A DNA stretch of 53,583 nt, from NCBI GenBank assembly GCA_008632985.1, contig QPGO01000326.1, positions 1 to 53,583 on the forward strand, read 5' to 3'. Under the pieces are notes generated by a model. The model saw nothing but the letters and a program-made list of their open reading frames with translations, was not told where the DNA came from and ran no database searches. Below, in pieces: positions 1 to 11,578 of the stretch; within the stretch, counting starts at the first letter, position 1; each line of letters starts with the position of its first letter. A program made the translations under genes and the position numbers. The stretch is from Psammoneis japonica (taxonomy: Eukaryota).

Positions 1-2050
1 AAGTGCAAGTCAAAGCAGCAACAGCAGCTTTAGATCTGCTCTGCTGTGAGGTGCTTTTTTGTGGGAGGAGAGTGTTGCCACACCAGCAGTGGCTGCTTTG
101 GCAACATGAGTGGTTTCAGTGGCAGCATGAGCTGCAGCAGATGCCAAGGCAGCAGTGGCAGTTTCAGCAGTGTGAGGAAAAGCAGATGTTTGTTCCCCAG
201 CCAGACTTTTTTCTGAGCTCAAGCCAACTTGCCACAAATGGCACATGCTGTTTGGCACCCATTTCTTCAGCATTGAATTCCTTTTGCAGCAGAGTTGTGA
301 GATGCTGGTGTTGGCAAAGCCTGTGGCCTCTCTGTCCATCATTTTTGGTGCACTTTTGCAGCAAAATTCTCAGCCAGTCGCAAATGAAAAAATGTTCAAA
401 AACAAAAGAACAGACCAGCCGCCAATGATGGGATTTCGACCGCAGACAGCCCACATTGGGTGTGGAGAGGTGGCCACTCTTCTTGGCCACTCACTGGAAC
501 TTTGAGCTTTTGCCTCTTGCTTGATGATCAACAACTGAGCTGAAGATCTGCGTGCGCCCATTTGGAAGTGTTTTTCCGACAAATGGACAAAAGCCCATTT
601 GGCGCCTTCTCATCCTGGGCCTGGTTGTCCCATTCTTGTACGCTGCATTTTCAGTCAATCACATCATGTCTTGAGTGAATTGTGACTCAGCAATCCCCCC
701 ATTGTGACGCATCAACACTTGACGAAAACTTCAACTTTCTGATCATTCCACCTCAGCAACACACAGCATCGCCGCGTCATGGGATCTTGGTGTGCGTGCT
801 TCGCTTTTGCTTTCACGTCGCTGGCTGGCTCTTGCTCGTTCATCGCTTGTTGCTGGTGCTGTTGTTGTTTGCATGTTTGATGTTTCGGATGGGTGAAATC
901 TGTGCATGCTACGAGAGCATGCAACATGTTTGCAGCACTGTTGATTGCCAATTCTAAATGGCTTGTTGTGGCATGAATGGTGTGCTGTGGCAGTGTGGTG
1001 AATTCACACCAACACACACACCGGTGAGAACAAGATCTGGTGCAAAACAAGAAAACCCTGCTTTTCTCTCGTGCACCACAACGTGTGAGCGACGCGCCCA
1101 CGGAGACCATTTTTCACGCGATGTTTTCTTCCCTCACAGCAGTGCTCTTGCTCTCTTGTCTTTTGTCTCTCAGGTTGACGAGCAGCGGACATTGGTGTCA
1201 GAGAAGCAGGGGGGGGCAAATTCTGGCGCTCCAATGGAAACCGGTTGACACGCGAGAGCCGAGCATGGAATCGATGTTGCAGCCATTGTTGGGTGGAAGG
1301 GCGATGATGGGAGTTCGTGGAGAGTCATCCCTTGCTTCAGAGTTTCTTCAAACAAAATGTCTTCCACTGTTGACTCAAAGTCTGGACCAAAACATTCAAA
1401 ATCCGGTGGATCAGCAACTCCAACATTGTCGGTCAAGCGTGCCGTCGCATTGGTTGGGCCAACGAGCAAGAGATTCGGGTCCAGCAAAGGCGGCGTTTGC
1501 AGACCATCATTTGGTGTGGAAGCCAAGCAATGCAAAGGATCCATGGTGGGGATGCTTTCCCACAAATGGTCTGGAACCGAGTGACTTGACAGTCCACCAC
1601 CATCTTGAGCAGCAAGAAATGCATTCTCCAATGGACCCCTCCTGAACAAATTGTTTTTGCATTCATTTGGCAGTGCCAGAAGGAAATTGGGCTTCACTTC
1701 TTTCAGAACCCGAACAGTCAGTTCATCTGGTGGATGGCAATTGGAAACATTCGGATTCCTGTGGCACGTGGCATCGCGACCCTTCTTGCAGCTCGGTCCC
1801 CTCACGCACCATGGACACATTTTTGTCCCGAAGTCAACTCAAGTTGGCACGTTCTTTCGCATTTCTTCACTCTCGTTGAACAGACAACACGCGCATCTAA
1901 ATGTTGCTTCTTCCTGTTGATGGGCATGATTCGCAAACCCATTCCAGCAAGTCGGCATGTTCTGTTGAAACATGTTTGACTTTTAGGAAGACGGCAAGAG
2001 TGCTCCTTTGTGCCCATGCCCATTTTGACAAAGAGCAGAGCCACAACACT
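1..2050. other. TpA-depleted degenerate (repeat-like) domain
   Basis: TA nearly absent and TG/CA abundant; many overlapping Cys/His-rich, Tyr-poor ORFs with no recognisable family. Edges approximate. Confidence 0.65.
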
Positions 2051-2518
2051 GAGAGCAAGAGTTGTAAAGTTGTAATGAGATGCAGCAATGTCGTGCTGAG
2101 ATGCAGCATGTCGTGCTTCTTGAAAAGGATCGACAATGGAAAAGCGAAAACAATTTTCGAAAGATTGGCGCGGCAATTTCCATTTGTCACATCTACGGAA
2201 ATTTTGCACGAAGGGGGGGCATGTCGCATGTGCCAAAATACGGCCGAAATTCGTGGGGGGGGGGGGCTCAAGTAAATGCAGCGCCCCCCCGCAAAATCGG
2301 GCCTGGTGTTCGGATTTGTTGCACCTGAAAATGTCGTCTGACCTTGGGGGTTCGCTTTGTCAGCTCGAATCTTCACGAAGAAATTTTTGTGTGCGACCAA
2401 CCATCGCATAAAAAATGACACATCTATGGCAGTGCTGACGCGTTCCAGGTCTAGGTGGGACCTCGCACTACTGAACTGTGACATCGATAGTTTTTTGAAT
2501 CACGTCGTATGTCGCGCA

Positions 2519-2532
2519 CGTAGATTTCTACG
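2519..2532. promoter_or_regulatory. Palindromic motif CGTAGA-TT-TCTACG
   Basis: Extends to CACGTAGATTTCTACGTG (2517-2534); same motif at 2759-2772 and 24728-24741. Function inferred only. Confidence 0.35.
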
Positions 2533-2758
2533 TGATTTTTTCGACATTTTGTGCCATTTTACGGTACGATCCGTCCAACAACTTTTGACATTTTTTGTTA
2601 CAGCGCGATTCTATAATGTCTTAAGAATCGCGTAGGGCAGGCGTATTTGCAAAAACGTCGAGTTGCAAGAGGCATAATTGTACCACAAACTTGGCCGTTT
2701 ATTTGATGTTGAAGATAAATATATATATTCATTAAATTCTCGTACTACGGAGCTCGTA

Positions 2759-2772
2759 CGTAGAATTCTACG
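2759..2772. promoter_or_regulatory. Perfect palindrome CGTAGAATTCTACG upstream of the LRR gene
   Basis: About 90 bp 5' of ATG 2864; recurs elsewhere in the window. Confidence 0.35.
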
Positions 2773-2863
2773 GGCCCAATGTCACACGGAGTCCCACCTA
2801 GGGCTGGAACGCGTCTGCTCGCAATGAAAAGACTACGTAGCTAGAGTTGGTTTAAGAAACAAA

Positions 2864-5854
2864 ATGATGCATTCAAAGCCCTTGCACAGCAGAACTGACG
2901 ATGACGATGATCGGAAACCTCCGGCAATCCCTGCTGGTGGACACCTGGACGGCAGGGAATCGGAGAGAGACGATCATCATGTTCGAGCAAAATTTCCTGA
3001 ATCTTTGGCCCATCGAACAAACACCAATTCTCGTGATGGATTTCCGGGCCAACTTGGTGTTTTGGGAGAAAAGAGGTGTCTCGCAGGCCACAGAAAAAAT
3101 GACAAGAATGTGATGCCGGGTGCTGTGGCCGTTGGTCCTACAGACTTTGTTCGTTCACATGTGATTTCTGTTGTGGATGAAGGCTGTCCTTCTTTGACGG
3201 TGCCAAAACACCGCTGCATTGCACACGAGAAGCAACACATGCACCAAGGCATGCAATGCTCATCCCAAGATGCTCTGCCCGAAGACAAGGCAGGAGGAGT
3301 CTGCAGGCATCACCCGAGCATGGAAGAGAGGAAAGCAGCGGAGGAGGTGCCACACAGGGAAGGAAAGCGGCGGAGGAGGTGCCACACAGGGAAGGAAGCT
3401 CGTCCTGTGGCGTGATCGACACGGCTCGGGCGACTGGGGAGGTCATCAAATCGAAAACAGACGTGACTTCATCAGTCGAGCTTGCGTCTGGACCACATCT
3501 TGTGACAAGAACTGAAACCAAGGACAGCATTCCCAAACATCTCTCTGCTTCCATTGGCGATGAAGGACTGGCTGTAGCGGCGGAGGTCATTCGTGGAGGA
3601 GAGGACCTTGAAGCCCAGGTGCAAGCTCGAGTCCACCAAGAAAGACATGAAATTGTGTCTGAAGTCCAGAAACAGATCATGGAGCAAGCCAAGCCAGCCG
3701 AGCTTGTGGTGATCGAAAAGTCTGACGACAATGCGACCTCATGCTGCAGCAGGCGGAGGAAATGGATAGCCCTGATGGGACTTCTCGCCACAATCGCGAT
3801 TGTTGTTAGTCTTGTTGTCATCCTGCTTCCATCTGATTCAGATTCCGATCCCGATCCCGATCCCGATCCAGATGCTGATCCTGATCCTGATCCGATCATA
3901 AGCAGTTGTACGTTGTGTGAAGATGGGTTTGCCCCAGAAGACCTAGATGCTCTTATTCTGGGAGAAGGTGGTGTTACCTTCACGGACTTCAACGAGACAC
4001 TGGGGCAATTCATTGCCACCAGTGAAGCCTGTTTGCAGGGACAAGCCCAGGCTTGGCGATGCTGTGGTTGCCCTACCCTACCTAATCTCCCGAGTGTTCA
4101 TGCAACTTGTGCAATATGCATGAATGGGTCTATCCCCTTGGAGACGCCCCACCTTCTTGTTGACAACAAATCATGTTCCGAATGGAATGTGTACATGGCG
4201 CATACTCCGTCAGATTCACCCAAATGCAATGCGCTAAGAGCCGACTTGTGGGACGTCATTGACCAATGCACGTGCATCGAGGATAAGACGTTTCTCCAAT
4301 ATATATCTCACGAACTCTTTCCTTTGTCTGGAGATGCGCTATTGGAGGACGGAACGCCACAGAATACTGCGTTGAATTGGCTTGCCGCCGAAGATCCCGC
4401 CAGCCTCTCTATCGAAACCACCGTAAAGGAAATTCAAGAGCGTTACGCTCTTGCTGTATTATACTATGCCACAGAAGGCACGGCGTGGGATGATGACTAC
4501 TCATTTCTTTCGAGCGAAAATGTATGTATGTGGAACGATGGAAGCAGCGGCGTTTTTTGCGCTGGCAACGTTGTTGAACGAATCAGTTTATGTAAGTCTT
4601 TGAAATGCAACGACGGCTTCGAGAAGCTTGGTGTTTCTAACAAAGATTACTGATATATGATCAAACCTTTCACAGATTCAAACAGCTTGCATGGAAAGCT
4701 CCCTCTTGAAATCAGCGTCTTATCACAGCTGAAGTCCATTGCGATATGGAGCAACGATCTCATCGGCACTATCCCTGAAGCATTTGGTGGCCTTACAAAG
4801 CTTGAGACGTTCGATGTCGATTTCAACTCAATGACTGGGTCATTACCGGCTTCGCTACTTGGAATCCAGAGTCTCCAATCGGTGTTGCTTGCCGAAAATC
4901 AGTTTTCTGGGTCATTGCCATCCGTTTTTGGAAAGTCTCTGTCCGATTTAACATTTACGGGTAACCGACTGAATGGCAAGCTACCACAATCTATCGGTGA
5001 CTTGAGCAGTCTGTGGTATCTTGACCTGTCATCTAATGACTTCTCTGGCCCTCTGCCATCCGAAATCGGAAATCTGCTGGAGTTGTATTCGCTTGATCTC
5101 GATGGTAACTCCTTTAGTGGTACGATTCCTCCGTCGGTTGGGACCCTGCCTTGGTTGAGCTATGTTTCTTTGGCCGGAAATGATTTGACAGGGGAGATTC
5201 CTCCTTTTATTTCGGAACACCTAGATGCTGTGTCGCTTGCGGAGAATCAACTGGACGGTACACTCGAGAGCTTCTTCACCTCGACGAACCCAGCTTCATT
5301 GAGGTTAATTAATTTCTCAGCGAATAAGTTGTCGGGTAGTCTTCCTGAGGCTATCGGCAGTTTCTTGCAGCTTGAAGAGTTAAACCTTGACAAAAATTTG
5401 TTTACTGGTGCCATCCCATCAACGTTGGGGAACCTTGAGAACGCTGGATTAGTTTGGCTCAACGATGCCGGGTTCACAGGTTCGATTCCAACTGAACTTG
5501 GACACCTTGGAAAGCTCAGCAGCCTTGATTTGGCACAAAACGACTTTACTGGGTCATTTCCTTCCGTGGTGGCGAATCTACAGAATCTCGGTAGGTAACC
5601 GTTCCGGACTGTGACCAACTGAGGCTGGAATTGTAGTGCTTGTTTTTCCTGCAATATCTCACGCTATTGCATTTGTGTCATTTCGCGCAGAGACGCTCTA
5701 TATTCACGGTAATGCTTTTACCAACGACTTCGAGGAAACCTTTTGCATGCGAGGCAACTTGATTGATACCCTCTCTTCTAATTGTCTCGATGATGCAGTG
5801 GATTGCTCGTGCTGCTCTTACTGTTGTGATGCTCTCGGAAACAATTGCGTGTAA
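2864..5854 (+). CDS. Leucine-rich-repeat receptor-like membrane protein (diatom type); 5' part frameshifted, possibly a pseudogene
   Basis: PGAVAV motif, TM helix (WIALMGLLATIAIVVSLVVILL), PQNTALNWLA...QERYALAVLYYAT cap, plant-type LxxLxLxxNxLxGxIP repeats, Cys-rich C-terminus. In-frame GT-AG introns 4592-4675 and 5591-5690; stop 5852-5854. Frame broken by a 32-bp duplication at 3329-3392. Confidence 0.88.
3329..3392 (+). repeat. 32-bp tandem duplication
   Basis: AGGAAAGCAGCGGAGGAGGTGCCACACAGGGA followed by AGGAAAGCGGCGGAGGAGGTGCCACACAGGGA (one CA/CG difference). Confidence 0.95.
3835..3894 (+). repeat. Hexamer repeat encoding a (Asp-Pro)n stalk
   Basis: GATCCC/GATCCT units encoding DSDSDPDPDPDPDADPDPDP right after the TM helix. 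Confidence 0.9.
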
Positions 5855-6122
5855 CAGTGCTTCAGCACGGCGAGTTCCTTTCGACTGTGAAACCTTTGAG
5901 TGTCTTCCATTTCTTGTTTGTTGTTCATGTCTACACAATCTGCTTCAACTGAATATAACCTTACATTTGCTCTCAAAGTTGCAATGCTTTCGGAAACAAT
6001 TGCGTGGAACAGTGATTCAGCACCGCGAGATACATTCGACTGTGTCGCCTTTGAGTGTCTTCCATTTTTTTGTTTTGTTCATGTCTGCACAATCTACATC
6101 AACTGAAGTTAACCTTACATTT
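5829..6122 (+). repeat. Diverged tandem duplication of the LRR gene 3' end/3'UTR (period about 155 bp)
   Basis: 5829-5968 aligns to 5984-6122 (TCGGAAACAATTGCGTG...TTTGAGTGTCTTCCATTT...AACCTTACATTT). Confidence 0.9.
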
Positions 6123-6684
6123 TTGAGACAAGGACATGCACTTTCCGACAGGGCCAGCGTCCCGTCGAGAAACAAAGGTGTTGCTTGCATAAGCTCTATT
6201 AATTCAATCTGTAAATTGACGGTGCAACTGTATTCATTCCACGCTTGGCCCTTTCATAGCACTGTGCATTACAACGAGACTGTTGAGCTAGCTAGTAGAA
6301 GCAGCTGCCGGCTGTGGATTTTACACCAACAAGTTTTTGAGGCCACGAATGAGAACAGTTTGAGCCAGTAGCACTGATGGACACTGCAATTTTTCTCTTT
6401 CTCTCCCAAACACCCAGAGAGCGGACAGCGCAAAACGAAACGCGATTGCCATATCGATTGACAATAATGAGCCAAGACCTTCTTGTAGCATTGAGCCGGA
6501 ACAGGCAAACAACACCTTACTCGAGGCCGTGTTATTTTATCGCCATCCTTTACGTGAATCTAGCAAGCAGGAATAACGTTGTTCTCTGCGTCACTGCTTC
6601 AAGCGACCTAACCCAAACCTTGTTTTGCAATGGTAAAAGGACTTGACATTTGACATAATATATTCTTGTGAAACCGAATGGATA

Positions 6685-7521
6685 CTAAAGAACCTCTGCT
6701 TCAACTACCACATCTTCCTCGGAATAGTGGCGCTGTCCCAAGCCAAACAGTGCCTCGATTTCTTGCTCGATAAAGAGCGCTTCTTCCACTCGCTTCAGTC
6801 CAGTAAGCAACTTTTTGTGGACTCCACTATTCCCATCGACCGCATGAACTTCAAACGTAATTGTATCTTGCTTCTTCTTATGCTCCACATTTCTCTTGCA
6901 GCAAATTTCATTCACTCCAATCAATGAAGTGATCTCTGGCTTGCTAAACAAAGCCAACGGACGATGCTCAATCGTAACCTCGCTTTGAGTGACGCGAATG
7001 TACGTCGTGTTTAGATGTATTTGTGCAACAAGGTACAAAAGAAAGAGTCCAACGGCATCATGAAGAAGTGCAAATATCACAGCTTCATATTCACCATTTG
7101 CAAAGGCAATACAATTCCACGTCACCATGAAGCCATTCCAAAAGATGGCAAATAGCGTCAACCCACCGTTTGCGTCCGATCTCCATTTCCGTTCCAGCAG
7201 TAGAATACCCTTTTTATTTTCCACCACCATGTTGTCAGGAATATCGACATGCCCTTGAACCTTTAGATATGCCGGTCTGTAGTTTGGAATTCCATCCACT
7301 GGTGCTTCCAAGACGGCAATGGACTGTCCTTGGGTTGACGTTGGTACACGGTTTGACATGTAAGTGGGAGGTGTTGCCACCGTTCGAGTAGCTGGCGTTT
7401 GACTGGAAACCACCAGTTGAGCCGTAGCTTCTGCTTGGGACGCAACAGCTGTAGCTATGGGCTGTTCTTCGTCAACATGAGTAGAGACGGGAACGTACTT
7501 GGTATCTCCTTTTATCGTCAT
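6685..7521 (-). CDS. Hypothetical membrane protein (2 predicted TM helices)
   Basis: Intronless ORF from ATG 7521 (MTIKGDTKY), normal composition; hydrophobic LTLFAIFWNGFMVTW and AVGLFLLYLVA segments; C-terminal EEALFIEQEIE. Confidence 0.8.
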   Translation of the reverse strand: MTIKGDTKYVPVSTHVDEEQPIATAVASQAEATAQLVVSSQTPATRTVATPPTYMSNRVPTSTQGQSIAVLEAPVDGIPNYRPAYLKVQGHVDIPDNMVVENKKGILLLERKWRSDANGGLTLFAIFWNGFMVTWNCIAFANGEYEAVIFALLHDAVGLFLLYLVAQIHLNTTYIRVTQSEVTIEHRPLALFSKPEITSLIGVNEICCKRNVEHKKKQDTITFEVHAVDGNSGVHKKLLTGLKRVEEALFIEQEIEALFGLGQRHYSEEDVVVEAEVL

Positions 7522-7699
7522 GGTGGACTGCAAAGTGTACCCCCAACGTCAACAGGAAATAACCGCCGTGACTCGACGCTTGACGACGACGACTCGGTTA
7601 GGAATGGCGCTACGAGAGCCAATCAGAATTGAGCATTTGGGATTTCTACTTAGGGGAGACCCTCGGAAAGTCGAGGACTTTCCGACTAATTAATTAACA

Positions 7700-10020
7700 C
7701 TTTTTTGGAAAATCACGCAATCACTTAGGGACGAGGAGGTTGAGACAACTCTCCAAAAGCAGACACAAGAATCAGAATGATGCGGAGACCGACTGTCATC
7801 TTCCTTTCGCGCCACGGAAAATCACAACAACACAGACTTCTCACGCGATGAGAAAAATTCTCTCACAAAAAAAACCCACGAGAGAGAAAAGTACAATCTC
7901 TACTGGTGCTTCGATGATGACGGACGTAACGGAAGAATCTGCTCCAACAAAAGAGGCCGAAGAGCGGCAGCTGCATCCTTTCTTTAGAAACATGGGCATT
8001 CAATCCCAGAAACGCAAAGGCTCCGTCAAAGCGAGCAAAAGCCAAGCGCACACACGCCAGAAGTGGACGCATCAGAGCGATTTTAGTGGGCGCAAGGTGG
8101 CAAGAGTAGACGACGGAATGAAGAAATGCAAGAGATGTGAGAGAGGTCCCACATGTCATCATGGCCATGATCCCACACGCAAATTTTCAAAAAGGCACTC
8201 GCAAGTGAACGTCACCAAAGCTGCCATGGATGCAGAGCGACGCGATGAAGAGCTGCACGAAATGAACAACACGATTCCAGCTGCCCCAGTTGAGGGAGTT
8301 TCGACCACACAAGACCATTTTGGAACACAGAGACCTGAAGCTCGCGTCACATTGCCTCCTCCAGGTGTTTCCAATGTTTGCAAGCCGGTGAATTTGGGGG
8401 TGGCTGGTGCTGCAGGCCCCGTGGAGTACACGGATGATGCTTGCAAGGCGGCCGCCATTACAAAATTTTCGGTTGAGACTTTGAAACAAGAGATTCGAGC
8501 GAGAGTAAAACAATGCGAGAACTCCGAGGAGAGGACGAAGTGCCCGGCTGCAGCAAGTGCTCTCATCAGCCATCTGTTGGACTCTGTCAAGCCCAGATTC
8601 GAGCAAGGCAGCAACAAGCATCCTGCCCAAAGAGACAGCAGTCAAGAAGGTAGATGTTGTCATTGCTGGGCATGTTTTGTGCATGAGTTTTTGATTCACT
8701 GTTTTATTTCAACACGCTGCCGATTCCCACACTCCAACAGCATCAACAACCTTTGTTTTTAGCCGGGTTCGCAAGAGTTGCAGCAGTCGCAACAACAGCA
8801 GTGGTCACAAGAGTTGCAGCAGTGGTTGTAAGAGCTGAAGCAGCCGTCGTTCTTGCGTGCCCTGTGGAACACGCTGTCAATGACTGAAGTCAGAAACAAT
8901 GCCACAGAGATGAGCTCTGGGACAAAAGCAACGTTTGCAGTGCAACAGAACCACGACCAGCTGCTCCAACACCGTAGACTCCCATGCTCCTGCACAACTG
9001 ATCCAGTGCCACCTGCTCCCTGTGCCACCCAGCTGCAAAACTTTGACAATCCAAACCACCTTTGAGGGCAGGTGAACCCCATCGCAACGGAGATTCGGGT
9101 CTGCGGCGGTTGAAGGCACTCCCGTCCTTGGAAGCACCAGTCAACGCCTTGCCGGGGAGCAACCCCTTGGCTCTCGTCGGCCATCTCAACATTCAAAGGT
9201 GGGGCCACATGAACATCATTGCAGAAAAAAATCACCGAGGCGCTGCTGCAGTCAGCAACCTCGGCAGTGGCCCGTGTCATTCAAAGACGAGGGCAACCTC
9301 GTCTGCCGCTCATGCGTGGACTTTTCCAGCCAAAGTGGTAGATTGCAGGTAAAAAAACGACACAAACCGCACCCACAATCAATGCATGGCCATCAATCTC
9401 TTCAAGCAGCGTGTCAATGGCACCTGAGGCAGCGCCGCAAGCAGCGATGCTGCAAAAATCCTGAAACGCCACCCCGATGACTGGCAAACCCTCATTGACG
9501 ACTGGAGAAGAGTCGACTGGAACCACAACGAAAGCACACGAGACACCATTAATGCTCAATGCTTAAAGGAGGGCTCTTCAATCTGTCAAGAACGAACAGA
9601 AATTGCAACGCAAGAGTGAGAGACGAGTTCTAAAAATGGCAAAAGCACCAAGTGCCAACGCATTTCTTGTCCATTTTTCACGTTTTTCACACCTCTCTTT
9701 TCGTGTGTTCGTTTGTCAGAGAGAGTTTTAATGCGTGCTTTGTTGTCACGGCAGCATCACAAGTGACAGCGACAATTTCAACTGCCGGCTCTTGCAGCTG
9801 TCATGGTCGATTTTTTGTTTGGTGTCGGAGGGAAACTCCTGAATTGCGCAGATTTCTATGTAAAATTCACACTGGGGATACTTCAACACTACAATGTCTC
9901 ATCGGTGTCACCACGCCAAATTACTTCAACATGCGAGCACCCGGAGATCTGACACATCGGGTGGTGAAAAGGGAGAAAGAAGTGAGGATCGCTCTTCAAA
10001 CCACTTCCGCAATTTAGATC
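7700..10020. other. Moderately TpA-depleted degenerate region (decayed TE or gene)
   Basis: Few TA, CpG largely kept; Tyr-poor ORF 7740-8762 and short tandem repeats near 8770-8850; family not recognised. Confidence 0.5.
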
Positions 10021-10334
10021 AAGCTCGCTGCCCTCGCAACCCCTTCCTCTCTCCTTCCTTTCTCTCCTCTTCCTCATTCTTTCTCCTCTCCCCTCCCCCC
10101 CTCTCGTGGAGTCACTAACCCCCCAAAATCCTCGGTAGGCTCTGGTCACGACCTACCTCCAACCCGACCGCGCCGTGAACATTGAATCGTGCGAAAGAAG
10201 CGCACGCGCGACCTTCGAAACGTGACTGAACCTCCAAAGAATGACGTCATCGACCAGTCAGCGATGGATGCGTGCATGTTGAATGTGCATGGATCATCTT
10301 GAATCTGCGTTTTCCTTTATTGTGACAATGGACA

Positions 10335-11279
10335 ATGGCGACAAAGCCTGCGTCAACGCAAAAGCACCATCATGGCCAAACGGATCATGATCCGAGCATT
10401 AACGTCTCGGCTTTCAATGGTCGGTCAGAGAAGCTTACGACAACGAAAGGTAGCGGATCTGAGATTCTTGCTCAAGTCGAGCAGGGAAAGCCAAGTGCGA
10501 CACATGCGAGAAAGCAATCTAAGAGAAACCCACCCAAGGACGATCTGTTGCGGTCGTTTGCCAATTTGGATCACAATCGTGGGGTTCGTACAGGATTTCC
10601 CGAAGCTGTCTTTGCCGAGGGCAAGACGGCAAAACAAGTCGCGGCAATTCTGGACGACATGGCACATCATGTCAACATCTCCATCCGTGACGACAAGACG
10701 AACGAGACAAGAACCAACATGATTGTAGCCACAAGAGTTGATCCAGTTCAATGGGAAGAAATAAGAAAAATACCGCTTAAAAACGGAAAAGCCACCTATC
10801 ATGAAGTGTCACGCATTGTATCCATGAAGGCGTCCGCTCTTGAATCTTTCGAAAATAACGCCGAGAAGGACGACTCGCAGGACCAACCGACCATCGTTGT
10901 TGCATGCGCAGGAACCACGGATATGCCGGTTGCCGAAGAAGCAGCCGTCACATTGGAATTGGCCGGTTGTAATGTTGACAGAGTGTACGATGTCGGCGTT
11001 GCCGGCCTTCACCGAATCCTTGGGGCTCTTCCAAGGTTACAAGATCCATCTGTGAAATGCGTCATTGTATGTGCCGGCATGGATGGTGCCCTTCCCAGCG
11101 TCGTGGGTGGTCTTGTGAGTGTGCCTGTCATTGCTGCTCCCACTTCGATTGGGTACGGTGCAGCCTTTGGAGGAGTGAGCGCTTTGCTAACCATGTTGAA
11201 TAGCTGTGCTCCTGGCGTTGGGGTTGTCAACATTGATAATGGCTTTGGTGCAGCTGCGCTGGCGTTCAAGATGATTTGA
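10335..11279 (+). CDS. larB: Nickel-pincer cofactor biosynthesis protein LarB (PurE/AIR-carboxylase-like; CpmA family)
   Basis: Motifs LDHNRGVRTGFPEAVFAEGKT, AGTTDMPVAEEA, DVGVAGLHR, AGMDGALPSVVGGL, PTSIGYGA, MLNSCAPGVGVVNIDNGFGAA; intact and intronless. Confidence 0.93.
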   Translation: MATKPASTQKHHHGQTDHDPSINVSAFNGRSEKLTTTKGSGSEILAQVEQGKPSATHARKQSKRNPPKDDLLRSFANLDHNRGVRTGFPEAVFAEGKTAKQVAAILDDMAHHVNISIRDDKTNETRTNMIVATRVDPVQWEEIRKIPLKNGKATYHEVSRIVSMKASALESFENNAEKDDSQDQPTIVVACAGTTDMPVAEEAAVTLELAGCNVDRVYDVGVAGLHRILGALPRLQDPSVKCVIVCAGMDGALPSVVGGLVSVPVIAAPTSIGYGAAFGGVSALLTMLNSCAPGVGVVNIDNGFGAAALAFKMI

Positions 11280-11578
11280 TTCTCATACTTTTAAGTTGCA
11301 CGGTAGATTGGATGGTATGGAAAACGGCGAATGGATCCTTGCTTTGCCATAAGGGACGACAGACGCCCACTCCCAACACTTTAATCAGTATATAGAATAC
11401 ATAGAAAATGGGCGTCGCATCATTTACGGTTAATTTCCTTCTCTGTTCGAGAAATATTAAAACTCAGGATCAGGCCTCTTTCGCCACGTGACACGACGAT
11501 GTTTACCGTCACTCTCTGTTTTTAGTCTCTAATGTTTCAGGTCGCTACGCCGTTGTCTCGGCCCGCTTTCGAACACTT

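Noticed and set aside
1170..1930. SAM-like domain remnant on the minus strand
   Set aside because: Resemblance too weak to support after heavy mutation.
10335..11279. Bacterial contamination at larB
   Set aside because: Contiguous with intron-containing genes of similar composition; no operon context.
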